Shown: positions 63,401 to 64,000 of the stretch, one piece after another
How positions within the stretch are numbered: the first letter of the stretch is position 1
How the letters are laid out: every line of letters starts with the position of its first letter
Assembly: GCA_964016885.1 (NCBI GenBank)
Contig: OZ024757.1
Coordinates: 2,790,001-2,854,000 of the forward strand
DNA length: 64,000 nt
DNA from: Eledone cirrhosa
Lineage: Eukaryota
Direction of reading: 5' to 3'
Translations under genes and position numbers: made by a program
The notes under the pieces: generated by a model
What the model was told of the DNA's origin: nothing
Databases searched by the model: none
What the model saw: only the letters and a program-made list of their open reading frames with translations

Positions 63401-64000
63401 GCTGTGATCTCTCAATTCAAAGATTCTTTCCTGAGATAATTCTAACCACATATCTATAGTATCAGAGCTGTGATCTCTCAATTCAAAGACTCTTTCCAGA
63501 GATATTCTTACCACATGTCTGTAGTATCAGAGCTGTGATCTCTCAATTCAGAGATTCTTTCCTGAGACATTCTAACCACATGTCTGTAGTATCAGAGCTG
63601 TGATCTCTCAATTCAGAGATTCTTTCCTGAGACATTCTAGCCACATGTCTATAGTATCAGAACTGTGATCTCTCAATTCAGAGATTCTTTCCTGAAACAT
63701 TCTAACTACATGTCTGTAGTATCAGAGCTGTGATCCCTCAATTTAGAGATTCTTTCCTGAGACATTCTAACCACATATCTGTAGTATCAGAGCTGTGATC
63801 TCTCAATTCAGAGTTTCTTTGCTGAGACATTCTAAGCACATGGCTGTAGTATCAGAGCTGTGATCTCTCAATTCAGAAATTCTTTCCTGAAATATTCTAA
63901 CCACATATCGGTAGTATCAGAGCTGTGATCTCTCAATGCAGAGATTCTTTCCTGAGACATTCTAACCACATGTCTAAAGTATCAGAGCTGTGATCTCTCA
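30424..64000. repeat. 65-bp satellite array with higher-order structure (~516 monomers, open at window end)
   Basis: Consensus ATTCTAACCACATGTCTGTAGTATCAGAGCTGTGATCTCTCAATTCAGAGATTCTTTCCTGAGAC; period 65 (66 in the GATAATTC/TATAATTC variants); no interruptions seen. Confidence 0.98.

Noticed and set aside
30424-64000. CRISPR-like array, or protein-coding repeat (four identical 63-aa ORFs)
   Set aside because: There are no unique spacers or cas genes and the context is eukaryotic. The 65-bp period is not a multiple of 3, and the ORFs only mark duplicated blocks.

Overview
Eukaryotic repeat-dense window with no recognisable host gene. The SINE families suggest a mollusc/cephalopod (octopus-like) genome; this is inference. 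It has four zones. (1) 1-3.6 kb: (TA)n microsatellites, tRNA-derived SINEs, a Tc1/mariner-like MITE and Penelope-like direct/inverted repeats with two type I hammerhead ribozyme motifs. (2) 3.6-28.8 kb: an (ATT)n microsatellite expanded into a train of non-LTR retrotransposons. Four R4/Dong-clade (RT+RLE) copies all lie on the minus strand and Tx1/L1-clade (APE+RT) copies have their 3' ends on the plus strand. One copy of each clade is near-intact, and one Tx1 is 5'-inverted (twin-priming type) with a ~58-bp target duplication. (3) 28.8-30.4 kb: a SINE, a 10-unit minisatellite of CTCF-like motifs, a polypyrimidine tract and the 3' end of an RTE LINE. (4) 30.4-64 kb: a 65-bp satellite (~516 monomers, running off the window) with multi-kb higher-order duplications. 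Its monomer is a piece of RTE coding sequence, and the array is contiguous with its apparent parent RTE fragment.
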